Shown here one piece after another: positions 11,462 through 25,626 of a DNA stretch of 51,104 nt. The DNA is from Paraglomus brasilianum (lineage: Eukaryota). Position 1 is the stretch's first letter. The number at the start of each line of letters is the position of its first letter. The translations under genes were made by a program, and so were the position numbers. The stretch lies in assembly GCA_910592345.1 (NCBI GenBank), contig CAJVPI010000126.1, forward strand, positions 1-51,104. The letters are read 5' to 3'. The notes under the pieces are model-generated. The model had not been told where the DNA came from. It searched no databases and saw nothing but the letters and a program-made list of their open reading frames with translations.

Positions 11462-14400
11462 TTATAAATCGTTCTCTATACTGGATGCATTGTTTACATT
11501 GAAAAGGAAGGCGAGGTCTTGCGTAGTGAGTCGAACAGTGTCATTCACTGTCACTCCGCTCAATGCGTTGCTTGCCATTTCTCGCTATAATTTTGACGGG
11601 TAATTAATTAGTATACATAGTATTGACGACATGCTCATAGAGGTCGGGAGAGTTTTTGTTACCTTCCGTTGTTGGAGCACAAGTATTCTATCTTCAACAG
11701 TATTGCTTACGGTGAATGTCTTTATTGTGACATTCTTTGTTTGCCCAATGCGATGCACTCTATCTATTGCTTGTTCTATGATGAAAAGATTCATTGTGAG
11801 CTTGAGCTTAAAACAAGCTTGTTACAAGTTACATTCGATACTCACCTTCAACGGCCGGATTCCACCAGCAATCTAACAAATATACCTACGAAATAGACAA
11901 ATTAACATCAGCGCCGATCCAACACAATAAATTGCTCGAAAGTATCTCTGGTCCTAAGACTTACTCTATTAGCAGCAGTTAAATTCAATCCAAGTCCACC
12001 TAATAATGAACATAACCAGACAGAACAGTTAACGCTATGGTCATAAATTGACTTATAAAAAGGTGAAAAAGAGAAGGGGGGTATACGTTACCGCATTTAA
12101 GAGAGATTAGGAGAATTTTAACCGATGGATCAGTATCAAATTTATTTATTATTTTTTGTCTTTCTAAAACGTTCATTGTGCCATCATACTAGAAAGAGAC
12201 GAAGAAACGTGAGACCATTGTTTTTTATACACAATATTCCATTCCCACTTTTTTTATACATACCCGACAAGTTTTGTATTCGTCCAGAGCTTCTTCGACA
12301 ATGTCCAACATTCCCAACCACTGCGAGAATATCACAATCTTAGAATCAGGCTCTGCCTTTGTGACTTCACACAAGTCGTTAACGAGAGCAGTGATTTTAG
12401 TGGATGGGACTAGCTCGGAACCTGACGCTAGTACGGACATATCAACTGCAGGAGGAGGAGATTGACCATCGCAATCGGAACCCTCGGACAGTTGAGGTTG
12501 TGGAGTTGGCAGTTGTGTAATTGAAGAGGTAGTATTGAGTATGTTGCTCAATGAACTGATGTGAGGAGTGATTGATTTCATATCTAATGCGTTTATTGAG
12601 GTGTTGTCTATTTTATCAATTAATTCATTTTTTGGCAGATCGTCTGCCAATTGAGTCTCTAACTCTCCGTATGGAAATGTAAGCAAATCCTCAACAGATG
12701 GGAGATTGCAATCGGATGCGGTTTCATTTATACTGGGTTTCGTGTTCAATTCTATAGGATTATACAACTCCTCTCCGTATCCACTGTCTCTTGATATTTC
12801 AGTCGTCGTCGATACAAAAGACACTTCGGATTCGAGTTTCACTCTTGTCCATTCATTATTAACTTCGCCATAAAACTCTGAATTATACTGCGATGTAGAA
12901 TCGATTGTTTGACCGAAACTAAGACTACGTTCAGAATCCATCACCGAGCAATAACCGCCAGCGGTCGAGATAGATGCAGAGTTGTCGGATAACGGGGGAG
13001 TTAGAATTTCGGTTTTGAAATTAGAAAGAGAGTTGTTTGTTAAAAGGTCTCTGGAAGGGTTGCTTTCTGCACCGATATGTATGACTGTTGCATCTTCTAC
13101 TGGATTCTGTACTGGCTCTTCTTGTACAGGAAGCAACTGTTGCCAGGTTAGAGTCCCATCTGGCATCGACTTGAGCGCTTTGCCTAAATCAGCTTGAAGC
13201 GATTCGTTGAACTCTATACTTTGCTGAGCCCTATATGATTCACGGTATTAGAAATTGATCTCACAGCCAATCACAATATTTTTATTACATATACTTACAA
13301 AAACGGGTGATCACACGCCCTTCGAAGCGACAGCAATAGTGATAGAATATGCGCATAGTTCTTAATTACATTGTTTTTCTTCATATATCTGTTAAAGATT
13401 ACCGCCGCACGTTTTTCCAGTGCGTCATAAAACTCCCTTTCTTCAGTCGAAAACTCCAGTTTCACACTTTCCGGTACCCTTTCCGGTAGGTTCAAAATTG
13501 GCCTTCCACCCAACTTTGACGTCTTTGTCCTTCGGAGCATAACTCGTGATAGTACATTCTGTTGAGATAGTTTATCTTGGTAATAAGTGTTGCGGAACAA
13601 CCGACGGAATTCATCCCATTCTCCATATGTTTCCACATTAAGAAAACGGAATAGGGAAAAAAGGTCATCAACTTTATTCTAAAAGTACAAGGGAAAGAAA
13701 ATCGTGAGACAGGAAATGGAGAAATTTGCGAGCAAAGATCGGCTGTAGAAAACTTACGTGAATGGGTGTACCTATATACGGACGTGCAAAAGAAAAATTA
13801 CCGCTTTAAGTTATTTGAATTCGCAATCTTTTTCTATACTAATAATGTTTTCGAAACTCTTCATTCCAGACAATTTTTTTTTTGCCGAAACTTACCAGTC
13901 AGACACCACCGATAAGTGGCATGTAATTCGCTGCATGCCAAGCTACCTCGACTACGATGGTTCTTAATAATATGAGATTCTACATTTTCGCAATAATGAA
14001 TTTATATTTTTAGTACCCTGACCTCCCTTTGCCACGCTTATCGTTCTCACCCATCACTCTCTAACTTACCATCAAGTACAATACGATACCAATGAGCACG
14101 AACTGAAGGACCGCGGTTGTCCTTGCGCGCCTCGGCTCGAATAATGTCATAACTAGTAATGACAATATCATGTGCTTCGAGGTCCTTCATACGAAGCGTG
14201 CGCCCAGGACCGTGATGGACATGCACATTAAATTGACCTTGACAAGAAGTAAACACAATCGGTTTATTTACAGTTGATCACGCCACATTCTTCACTATTT
14301 GCATACAAATATATATTCTTTACCTTCATCGACATGTTTCTTAATTGCATCGTCCCAAACATAAACCAACGAAGAAGGAGCAACGATAAGCGTGGTTTTG

Positions 14401-15316
14401 GGTTCATCATCCTTGGGCTGATTGATAAGAATTGTTGCTATTGTTTGGATGGTCTGTAAGAGATTGAATATAAAGAAAGCAAATTGTAATTAATCACCTA
14501 ATTGTTTTATGGACGGATTGACTTATTCACAAGAAAGGAATGAAACTTAATTCTGTGTAATACCAGAATACTGAATTGTGAGTGATCGACTGAAAGGTAT
14601 GCAAAGGCATCAAACAGTGACACATTCAGAGTTGAGGTCTGGATTATAGCACATTTCGTCCATTCTTATCCTACCTTTCCCAAGCCCATATCGTCGGCCA
14701 ATATACCTCCTTTGACCGTCGTTGACCTTTTCTCTTGGCCAACCATCCAAGAAACTCCAATAACTTGATGAGCAAATAACTTTGGAATGAGTCCAGGTAT
14801 GTGTCCATCGGCTGTATCTAACTGTTTCATTGCATCTTTAACAGCATTGTCGTCAAACGGATCGTCCGACATTTCGCTCGTTGAATCTGATGAACTCGAC
14901 GGATCGGGGGTGGGGGATGGGGAGAGGGGTTGTGGAGAACTTGGGGGATAGAGACAAGTAGAGTCCGTAGAGGGAGAATTTACGTAGTGGAGAGAAGTAG
15001 AGTCTATAGAGGGAGAATTTATGGGATGGAGAGTACTAGAGTCTGTAGGGAGCGAATCTATAAGGTTTGTGGAAGATATTGAAGGAAGGGGCTGTTGTGT
15101 TGTAGAGAGACTATATTGAGCGTCCTGGTTAAAGTAAGGAGAACTGATCTCGGAGGAAAATATATTGTTCAAAGTGTAAGATGAATCAGTGTTGAGTATT
15201 TGAGAAAGGGAAGTAGCTGTTTCATCGGCTTGTGTTTGACATTCGTATGATTGAAAGTCTGATTGGTAGGGATCTGTGAGATCAGAGTATGGCATATACG
15301 TGGGTTCCGGCAGCAT
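11462..15316 (-). CDS. SNF2-family helicase/ATPase of the Rad5/Rad16/Ris1/TTF2 group, lacking a RING finger
   Basis: Spliced motifs in order: GGILADDMGLGKT, TLIVAP, DIVITSY, WYRIVLDESH, RWCLTGTPIHN, MLRRTK, LRRACDHP, STKI, KIVIFSQW, YDG, LISLKCGGLGLNLTAAN, WWNPAVEEQAIDRVHRIGQ. All introns are GT-AG and the stop is at 11462. The true start may lie upstream (an in-frame exon is plausible at about 15460-15560). Confidence 0.93.
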
Positions 15317-18300
15317 GTAAGGCGATTGTTGAATATGGTCAGAAAAGAGATTGTCTTTTGAGTAGATAAAAGGACAAGTTAAATAATATTTGAATTAAAT
15401 CAATGAGTAGTCTGATATTATATTACATAGCATGGATACTTTTTTTTTTTCACTTACAAGCGTGTACGGCATACTGAGAATTATAATTGTTCTCTTGATT
15501 TATGTTTGTAGATTCTAAATTGACGGTGATGGGGAATTCAGTCCATTGAAAAGAAAGGTATTGTTGAAACGCGTGTTTTTTGGTTTTTTTTCCCTTTATT
15601 TATTGTATTCTGGTGCGAATTACCTTTCTTAATGTCTTGTAGTGGTTTTGGAACATAGACTGATGCTTCTGATTTGAATATATGGTGAATATACATTACA
15701 AACACATCTCACTACAATACATTGTTCATAGCATACAAACACGCTTCCTTTCTCCCCCCTCTCTCTGGACGCGTATGTCCGGTCACTTACTCACCGTAAC
15801 TCCCTCCTCTTTCCCCCCCTCCCTCTCTGTCTTTTTCTCCTCCTAATCCACCCCTTCCAATTGTTGGATCTTCTTTCTTCAAACGTTTTGCAAGATTGTG
15901 TATAGTCAAATCTACAATATCAATGTCATCGTTCTCTTTGTTATAGACGTGACCCCATATATTACGCTTTCTATTGTCCATGATGAATAGTCTGACGTGT
16001 TTGATTATATCAAAAAGTGAGTTTTATTTAAAGGTGGGCAAAGCAAGGGACGGGAGTGGTCCGAGGCGGAGGATTTATATCTTTTTGTTTGTTACGTAAT
16101 CGACCAAAATAGGACCCCATCAGGAGTTTGCATGTTAGAAACGGGAACCATCGGTACACCATTATTAACCGTAATAGCATTGTTAATTCCACCATACTCC
16201 GGGCCAATCGTTTATATCTCAGATTTATCCATGGTATGACAAGGCTCATTAATAAACGTTTATTTTTTCCATCTGAGTGACAACGCAATTCGGAGCCAAT
16301 AAACAAGCCCTGTTACAAAAAGTGTCACGAAGTAGCTACATTTGTTTACCCTCATTAATCGCTTTGTGCATGAATCGTTTCCCAAATGTCTTGGCGCAAA
16401 GCATGCTTTGTTTGTTCATTTATAGTAATAAATAATGAGAATGAAAACGCGAGGACACGATACTCGTCAACAACACTGACATGTCTGTTGATGGACGCGT
16501 AAACAATAATAAAGACGAGGACATGAAAGTCTTAGCGGGGGTGGGGGAGGCGTTTGGTTTTGCTTTGGTTTTTTTGTTCTTTTGACAAGAACTGTATCAC
16601 ATACGAATTGGAAAACTCTCCACTGTTTATTGTACCTATGTATTCGTATATGGAAAGTCTAATGACGCTATGTACGAAAAGAATGTAGTTCCATGTAATT
16701 CCATGAACTTTATATTGTGCAATCGCAATACAGCAATATGCTTCAATACTATCAATAGTAAATACAATAGTAGCTAATAATAACTATAATCACGTGCATG
16801 ATATATTAGTATGTATATTTATTTACCGTAGCAGAGACCCCCCCTATTTTGGCCTTACCCGTGTTACGTAAAGATTTGTGGCACAGTAGTTATATTACCA
16901 TTGTACTATATTATTTATACTATATCAATTCAATGCAGCGGTCAATGAAAGAGCGAGACAAGGAGACAAAGCACAACAATGCACCTTGTTTCCATTTGCA
17001 TACCGATTTTCAAACACAGTGAGAGCGCTAGTAAACATTCGGAATTCGTGTTATGTAATTCCGATCAATGAAATAAATTCTTTATTCCCACGTATGTCAA
17101 CTATGTCTCGACAGAATTATCTCTCCAAGGAAAGCAGACATAATTGGGTTAACAATAAGCGCTTAATTATCCGATCGATAAGACCTGTATTTAGTTGGTA
17201 ATTAGTATTAAGCTTGGCTCTGTTGAGCTCATCATGTGGTTTGTTGCAGGAATTGTTAGATGTTCCTTTTTGAGGTTATTGAGTAACTAAATAATTTTGG
17301 GTAGAATATTCTAATTTTGATATTTGATCAAGACTTGCATAATAAATATGCAATATTTAACGTTGCCAATCGAAGGTTCCTCAGCCTTCGTGCTTTGCCG
17401 GAAATCGTATTAATCCTCGCCAATGTCGGTAAAAGCCGAGGCACCGGAATCGTCCCGGAAGTGCCACATAAAGTAGTCGACGGAAAACATTCTCCGTCAA
17501 CTGATGTTTTGAAAGGTGGTTTACAACGCAGATATTACATCAATCACATGATTGGCTTTTATCCTTTATTCTTTGTGCAATGACAGACTTTTCAAGCCGG
17601 GGACCATATTCTGTGCGATTTGTGAGACTTGCATACAGCTATAATGCTCATGGGCGTAGTTTGCTTGTCTTAATAATAGATCTCCAACCACACAGGCCAC
17701 ATATGACATCTTGTACATTCACTTTTGCACCATTATTTGCATTCCCATAGAAATTCTGTAGTCCGCATTAGTATTATAACTTTTGCATAGTTGAACCAAT
17801 TGACTGTACCATTTTGAAATATGGCTAAACCATTATATCGTTATGAAACTGTATTTCCATGAATTGGTAGTCTATAGATTACACCACACACATACACACA
17901 TACACAAACGCACTGTAACATACCTTATCTTAATGGATTACCGTTTTTTCTAAAAGTACAATCATTAATTCCAAGCCAATACAAAGGCTGTTGTATTTCA
18001 CACTACAAATACAGGTAGCTGAAAAGAAAAATTTCTTACCAATAAGGAATATTAATTGACCCATGGACAGATGAGGAATGCATTTAAGGGAATACATTAC
18101 TGATTGTTGCTTCTCTTGTATCACGCTCAATTATCCGCGTGATCAAATTTTCTAAAAATAAGGGTTACAAAGGATAACGATAAGGCAACACACCGGTTAT
18201 ATTTAGTTTAGAGAGATGGTTACGATAAAGAAAGATTATCAGTTTGAGTAACGAAGTTATATATGTTTCCAAATCGAAAAGCATTGAAACGAATACCAGT

Positions 18301-19851
18301 AGTTTGTAAATGATTCTCCTGTTTCACACATTCGCAATTGCGTTATTGTATCACCGTTTGTGTCATATTTGTCTTGATAACACGTGATAAATGGATTCCT
18401 GTATGATAATTCTTAAATGGTCGAAATGTCCATTGAGAAAAAAGGATGTAGACGAGATGAATGGAATATTAGCACTGGGGCTAATGTGTTGCTATTCCTA
18501 TTGCAAGATGCGCAGCTTTTGAGGAGCTTTTAATATGTACCTTGTGCCTTTTTTGTTTTGTGAGATTCCTATTGTATGGTACTATATCACTTATATGTGA
18601 TTCGAGGTTCACAGGGATGCCATTCGACTTGTGAATATCATATGCTAACATGGCAACTTGCACTTTGCTCCCTTTACAAACCTTATTTAAAAGTACCAAC
18701 GTATATCATATGCATATGGGCTGTAAAATAGATGTCATACATCGGACCCAATCTTTATGATTTGCTCCGGCCTTTCAATTATTTCCATTGTGATCATGGA
18801 ACACGAAGTTTCTAAACATCTAAATACAATGGAATAAATGGAATATTCATTGGTTAACTCATCTTGATTGGTTACAACACACAATGTCTGTTACAGATTA
18901 ACCAACCTGGTTACAATGGTCATTTACTAGCGTCGTTCTGCACATACTTTCTGAGGCGTATTACATTCTGTTTTAGAAAACTTTCGATCTGTGATTGGGG
19001 AGCACGATACTTGGATCCAATAATGCGAATGAAACACTTTTAGTAAACATTGCTATATAACTTTGCACGTCCCGGGTTTTCAAAATATTACGAAACCATA
19101 TTAATGAGGATCAACTTCCCGTATGTCTCTGTATCGGGTCAATTGTCATTATTGTTTTTTTGAGGTTTCCCTATTAAGACAACAAAGGTTGCTGGATTTT
19201 TAGATCGTTCAGAAATAGTTTCCGTTCGTCTCTCTTGGAGTTGAAACTCGTAGTCCACACTTTCAATCAAAATCCTGAATGAGAAAATTCGACCGCAAGA
19301 TTCTACGTTTTTGTTATCTTGGTTGATGTTTTGAGAATTCAACCTTGATGATCCAGAAACTGCTCCATTCGTTTACATTCAGAGGATATTTTTTCTACTT
19401 AGGAGGTGCTATTCCTTTCTTCCGTTCGCAAAAGTTACTTTCTTTTCGGTCCAAATTCCAAGAGCTCTGATACATGAATGAAGGTGGTGTCTAATACTTT
19501 GTATGCCGCCGGTTTTCTGAAGCTCGTTGGTTGTCTTCTCTACCATTTTACAATTGTCTAACGCCCGACTAGGTTTGGTTCGTATCTTTATTAATGCGTT
19601 TCCAAAATATACTGATGCGTGCCCACCCGTTTAGCCTTGGAAGTAACATGCTTGAACGCGATGATGGCCGTTGGTGCTGCACTTAACAATAAACAATCAT
19701 GGAAAATTTTATTTGCCCCAGTATTAAATATAGAGATTTTAAAAATACTTTCCCCGAGAAATACTTTATGCAAAATTTGATGTAAAAATCAATTTTGCTA
19801 AACTTTGATTTTTAAGAAAATTGATCTTTCTTGCACTTTCAGTTATGAAAG

Positions 19852-20180
19852 ATGAATCATCAAGATTATATCAGAATCTTGGATGAAACCTTTTGCCATT
19901 GATTCAAAGTGACTTTAATGGTAAAGGTTATGCTTTTCAAGATGACAATGCTCCCGTACAAATGTTGTCAATTGAATTATAATTAGGGAGAAGAAAATAA
20001 AAATTCTACCTGATTGGCCGTCTTAATCTCCTGAATTAAACACATGTCTGAAAACATCCCCAAAACACCAAAGATTTGGTGATTTTCTGAAAGAGAAATG
20101 GTCACTAATCCCTTATGGAAAGATTCCAATTTAATTGTGAGCATGTCAAAAAGACTTGAGCCATGGCAAATTGCAATTGC
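19852..20180 (+). mobile_element. Tc1/mariner transposase DDE-domain remnant
   Basis: YIRILDET..., FQDDNAPV at 19935, DWPS*SPELN at 20012 and IVSMSKRL, with stops and frameshifts. Confidence 0.85.
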
Positions 20181-21548
20181 TTTTTTTTTCCCCCAAAAGC
20201 TGAATGCAAATTCACATGCAAATATGTCCTTGGCCGATATGTTTATTGCATTTTCTTATCTTTTACCCCCGAGCGGAAATTATAAAGTTTGCTAACATTT
20301 AGCAAATTCCGATTTCGTGTCCTTTATTAGAAAATTCTGAATGATTTCAACAATTCGTCCAAGCGGTTATAAATTACAATCCGCGAATACCCTAATCGAT
20401 ATAAGATTAGCGATTCACAACTATATCGAATAATTTACGAGGAAAATAGAGATCAATCGTGTATTCAGAGTATATAAGCGACTTGTTTATTAGAAAGAGA
20501 TATTGTGAACCAATAGTAAAAGTGAACATGGACATGAAGAAAGTCGCGCTCTTTTTACGTTAATCCGACTGAAAATCGTTGTGTTACCGTCGGAGTTACG
20601 CGGAATGTATACGTCATACGTGAACCGAGGTGATAGCTGTAACTAACTTCTGCATAATTATCGCCCATCTTGTATGAAAGTTGAATTTAGCAGACTATAA
20701 CAATAGCCTGTCTATGATGTCTCTGCTAGTCAATTAGAGCAATGTGACTCGTTCCGTCTAATTGTTGGCCTTTATATGCTTTTTTTCTCGATCAGTCTCC
20801 ATGTCGAGTTTTATTGTCTCTTTTCTTGATGAAATGCGAACAAAGGTTTTGCAAAAATGCCATAGAGTGGGTGAACGGAACTCCGACCCATATTCTGGTA
20901 TTATAACATGGGGTTATTGTCCATTAGAATTTTTAATATTTGTTGTACTTGATTTGACAATTCCGCTAAGCAAAGCTTTGACATTGAAAACCTTTTTACT
21001 TTAAAAACAAAGTTTAACAAAGGTACATACTTTATTACATATTAGGTATCACCATAATTATATTAATTGTGACAAGAAATCCCAGAATCGTTCCGACTAA
21101 GAGCCGTGCCATATATTATGTGCATAGTCCTTCTCTCAATTTGGAATACAACAGAGTTCGGCTTTTTCCGGCATGTAGTAACGGATCCTTTTTCCATCAG
21201 TCTAAACCCATTGTAGTTTAAATCATTTGATATCCCTTCTCGTTACTTTTCAAAGTCATCAAAGGCTTGGTGTTAACTGGCACTCAATATTTCCAGATGT
21301 AACAAAGTCTTTATTATATCCACGTTTTTATTCTCTATCAAGATTTGTATTCTATTCCGTTTTCATCAAATAACTACTACAAATCAAGTTCAATAATTCT
21401 CTCTAGCACCCTCCTCTGTCTCCTCGTCTTTGCTACTTCATCTAACTCCTTGCTCTCAAAATACGCCTATAAATATATTCAAAATCGAAAAGCAAACAAA
21501 ATACAGATAATAAATACCATACTCGAGAGAGAGAGTATAATTTTTGTT

Positions 21549-24134
21549 TTAATCACTTTTCAAACGTTCCAATTCAGCAGTCAGTGAAGCAATCTTCGCA
21601 TCTCGTTCGTCAAGCAGTTTTTGTAAGTCTGTGTTCTTTTGTAGCAAGTTGTTGTAGGCTTCTTGGAGCTGTTGGATGTGAATATGTAGAGTAGCAGTAG
21701 TTTGTGGAAAATTTGATGAGTATTATATAACAGCAGTATTCCTAAGACTGCTCAACCCCCCCTTTCTCTGATATATTATCTACTAAAAATTCCCATCCAA
21801 GCTCGCCGCTCACAATAGTTTCCCTCAAGCCTTCCCGCTCCCGCTCAATCCCGCGCTCTCCCCCCTCCCCATTCCCCATTCCAAACCTCCTCCGTCTTCA
21901 ATACTGGTGGCTCTTCCTTTTTCTCCTCTGGTGGGGCAGACGAAACAAACTCTTTCTTTGGCTTCGGCGTAAATCCATTTTCAAGATTGACCAGTTTGGG
22001 GTTCGCGCTTTTACCAGAAAAGAACTCCTCTGCGGTCAAGGATGGCTCATCACTTGGGGTTTCCGGGAATATATCGGATTGGAAAGCATCAGACTGATGA
22101 GATGAATTAAAGGAATAAAAAAAAACCGAGATGTAAGTATGAATGAATGTTTTAAAGGCTAGCAGATCGCAAGCATCTATCCATCATCCTCTCTATTCTT
22201 TCGCTCCTCATAGTCGCCGTGCCGCTCTACGCACGCTATTCCCCAATTTTGCCTACCTTTCGTGGGACAACAAACGAAATCGGCTCGATCATATGACTCA
22301 TAACCTTGTATGCCCTAGCAATTTCGCACTCGTTGATATTTAATGCGCGTTTAGGCATAAAGGCTAACCCACGTTGAGGTTCGGGAGATTGGTACGTTGA
22401 TAGGAAGTAGAGCGCATCGTTCTCGAACTCGTAGTAGCGGATTGTGCCGTCACTGAAGATGGGTTGAGAAAGGAAAAATAAAATGGAAAGCGAATTGGGA
22501 AGTGAAGTGAGGTGACAGGATAGGATAGGGTAAATACTGTGATAACGGCGATTGGTATAAAAGATAAAAGAGCGTAAATCACGACTTACCCCTGTAAACG
22601 ATAGATGAATAATGATCGCGTAATAAAGTATAAAAAATATTCACATCGTCAGTATATTCTCGCTCGATGGATCAAAAATCTCCATTCCTCATTCCTTATC
22701 GTTCATTTAGCGCTAAGTCTTTCTCACACCCAAATCTCATCCAGAACACAACCTTCCCAGCCAAGTACAACATCTTCGTATCGTTATCGTAGAAAGGCAT
22801 AACCACACCGCTTGAAGTATCCAGATGCACAGTTTTCATCGGCTTGTTCAAGGCTCTCGTATCCCACACGTACACCTGTCTATCACTCATTTTACTAAAG
22901 CCTGTTGTTACAAGCCTGTCCGCATCTCCCAACCATACTACTCGCGAGCCCTTGATTCCTTGATGACTATCCGCTTGTTGAACAACTTCTGTGGATCGAA
23001 CGTCGAATATGCGAAGTTTTTTGTCGCGAGAGGTTGTAGCGAGAAGGTTACCATTATAAGAATAGGAAAGAGAATGAATAAGATCTGTAAAGCCTCTCAG
23101 TGTGAGTGCATGAGAGGTACTAGTAAGGTCCCATAAGTATATTGAAAGATCAGAGCTTGACGAAGCCAAGATATTGTCAGCTACGGGGTGGAAGAGGACG
23201 TGACCGACTTTTCTGCAAGTGATAAATAAATGTATATTGCATGAAATATATGCAGCCGCGTAATCAACGTAACAAGTAAGTAACGCGCATTTTTCCTTCG
23301 CCCCGTTTTTTTCTATTCACTTACTTGGTATGCCCACTCAATGTGGCAGCAGGTGTAACATCAGGCGATTCTGGTTCTCCCAATTCATCGGGAATGTTCC
23401 AAATCATGACTTTTGAGTCTTCTGCACAGGACGCAATCACATTGTCATTGAAATTAGCAAAGTCCGTGTCGAGGACTGCTGCTGTATGACCGCGATATAG
23501 CGGTATACCATCGACAATTTTTCCTATAGGAAAACAATTAGCGGAAAATGTGAGCGTAGTTGCGCGTCAATGTGATTTCGACAACAGGATATTTGTCGAT
23601 TTTTGCTACATCGAGAATAATTCTGACGTAAAAAGATTTACGCCCACAAGCACGCGCACGTCTCTTGCGTGCTATACTCTTCTTTTTCTTTTTCCTTTTC
23701 CTTTTTTTCTGACATACCGGCATTTCTATGAGGAATCACGGCAAATGCTCCTCCACCGCTCGAGTTCCAGTTGATCGCAACAAATTTCTAATAAAAGCCT
23801 TATCATCAGTAATGCGATTCGCGTATAATCAAGTTTGCCAGATATTTTCTTAATGAGTAGTCGGAATATCACAAGCTTACAGAGTTAACTTTTACGAGAT
23901 TGGTGTCCCACGCATTACCTGACACCTTTACATTGTCGAAGCAAAGATCATATTTTGCTGACGTGCCGAAGACATGTCTATGGTGTTGGGAAAAAGGTTT
24001 AGAATAGTTGCATTCGCATACCAATCACTGCTTTCTTATTGCTCGAACATTACATTTTGACCGAATATATTGCCTAGTACATTCATTTCGTAGATGACTC
24101 ACCTGTACTTTGATGAGCGAACGAAGCGAGACAT
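21549..24134 (-). CDS. CRN1: Coronin (WD40 actin-binding protein with C-terminal coiled coil)
   Basis: MSRFVRSSKYRHVFG, SGGGAFAV, GHTAAVLD, YLAGKGDGTIRYYE, PQRG, IEPISFVVPRKSDAFQSDIFPET and a C-terminal coiled coil. Multi-exon, including a 2-nt exon at 22590-22591. Confidence 0.97.
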
Positions 24135-25626
24135 CTGTCGGATGTTAGTATGTAATAAGTGTTAAGTTGTAGGATGTAGAAGGTGGCTTGTAGAATAGCT
24201 ATATGTAGCACACTATACGGGGCGTGTAACAAATGTGGCTTGGCCTCACGTACTTTTGTCTCCCGGAAAATTGCTATATAATTTCCTACTCTGCATACAT
24301 GTAATATGATGGTCGGTAAGGGCGTTGGTAAGCAATCACTCTGTATCTGGTGAGCGAATGCCACCCGCGATGTGCGAGTCCCGTTTCACAGGACGAGCAT
24401 CATTCTATATCCTTATTTATAATACTGCCTATATATTTATATCACTACTACCCAAACTACTACCAATAAAGGTAGCTTCAATCTGCCTGAAAACATCAAA
24501 AAGGGTACAATTACAGTGAAACTACCGAAATTTATACACATCGTAAAAGGTTTAGAAATTATGACCCGATTGTTCGGTAGCTCGGTAACCTTTTCACGCG
24601 TCTCATTCACCTACCGGATCTACTTTTCGCTACTACAATCGTTCAGTTGTTAGCTCTGTTGCTAACAGTCTTTAGTAGAGGTTCATTCTTTTTAAATTGC
24701 GGTTGTAACATCCCTGTTGAATTAGTTAAGCACTGCTCGTCGCCTACTTTTTTGCAATCTCATTGTACGATTTAATTAATGTTAATTGGATGCGAGTTGA
24801 GTAACATATGTTTCTGGACCAGTTCTAATACCGTTTATCGAGGTTTTTTATTAAAACACATATGTTGCAAAAATATGATGTTGTAGAAGTCAAAAAACAT
24901 TTTAAGAAAAGTCATGTTGATAGAATAAGCCTTTACCATCTCTGCGGACCAATATAACAGTAAAGGCAAAAAGGACGTTTATATCCAATATTAATATTAT
25001 TTCACGTGAGGCCTTCCGTATTCGATTCATGTCTTGTATATAGTAGGAGAGAGAGAATGATTTACGTGAAATTCGTCTACAAATAATATCAAAAGATCGA
25101 GCAATTGAGGTCTCATAGGACAAAAGTGGAGATAAATTCTTTAATGAAAAAAAGGTATCGGAGCTGCCAATAACAAAGCAAAGTTATTAAGAAAAATTTA
25201 TTCTGAACTAGAAAGTCTTCTTATTAGCACTTCTGCTACAATAAAGTAAGACATCTTGAATGGTTGAATTTAATCTAATCAAGACCACATATGGAGCTAA
25301 ACATAATTTGCTCTGAATATTAATAAAGAAGGAGAAAGCCAATTTGGTTCCACAATAGATGAGTTGATGCTTAACTGGAACAAGGATTAATTATTTATTA
25401 TAAATTATGATTATACTAATATTGTACTGGACTTCTGTAAAATTTTCTCTATGAACTAGATTATGGATGAATGATGCTATAAACAAAGGACTTTTTGTCA
25501 TCGAATCACGCGTATATAGATACCAACGTAAGTCGATATTGGCACAAAAGTTTGATTTGGGCGTGCTGTCGTACATTCACCGTGTCCCCGAAGCCTAATT
25601 AAGTTGTCGAAAAACTAATTTTAAAA

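Noticed and set aside
15787..16306. Short minus-strand ORFs upstream of the SNF2 gene
   Set aside because: No recognisable domain and no supported splice path into the helicase; partly low-complexity.
24900..25600. Possible missing WD40 exons of WDR91, or a separate small gene
   Set aside because: No GH/WD-like blades were seen on the minus strand, and the plus-strand exon-like pieces contain stops.
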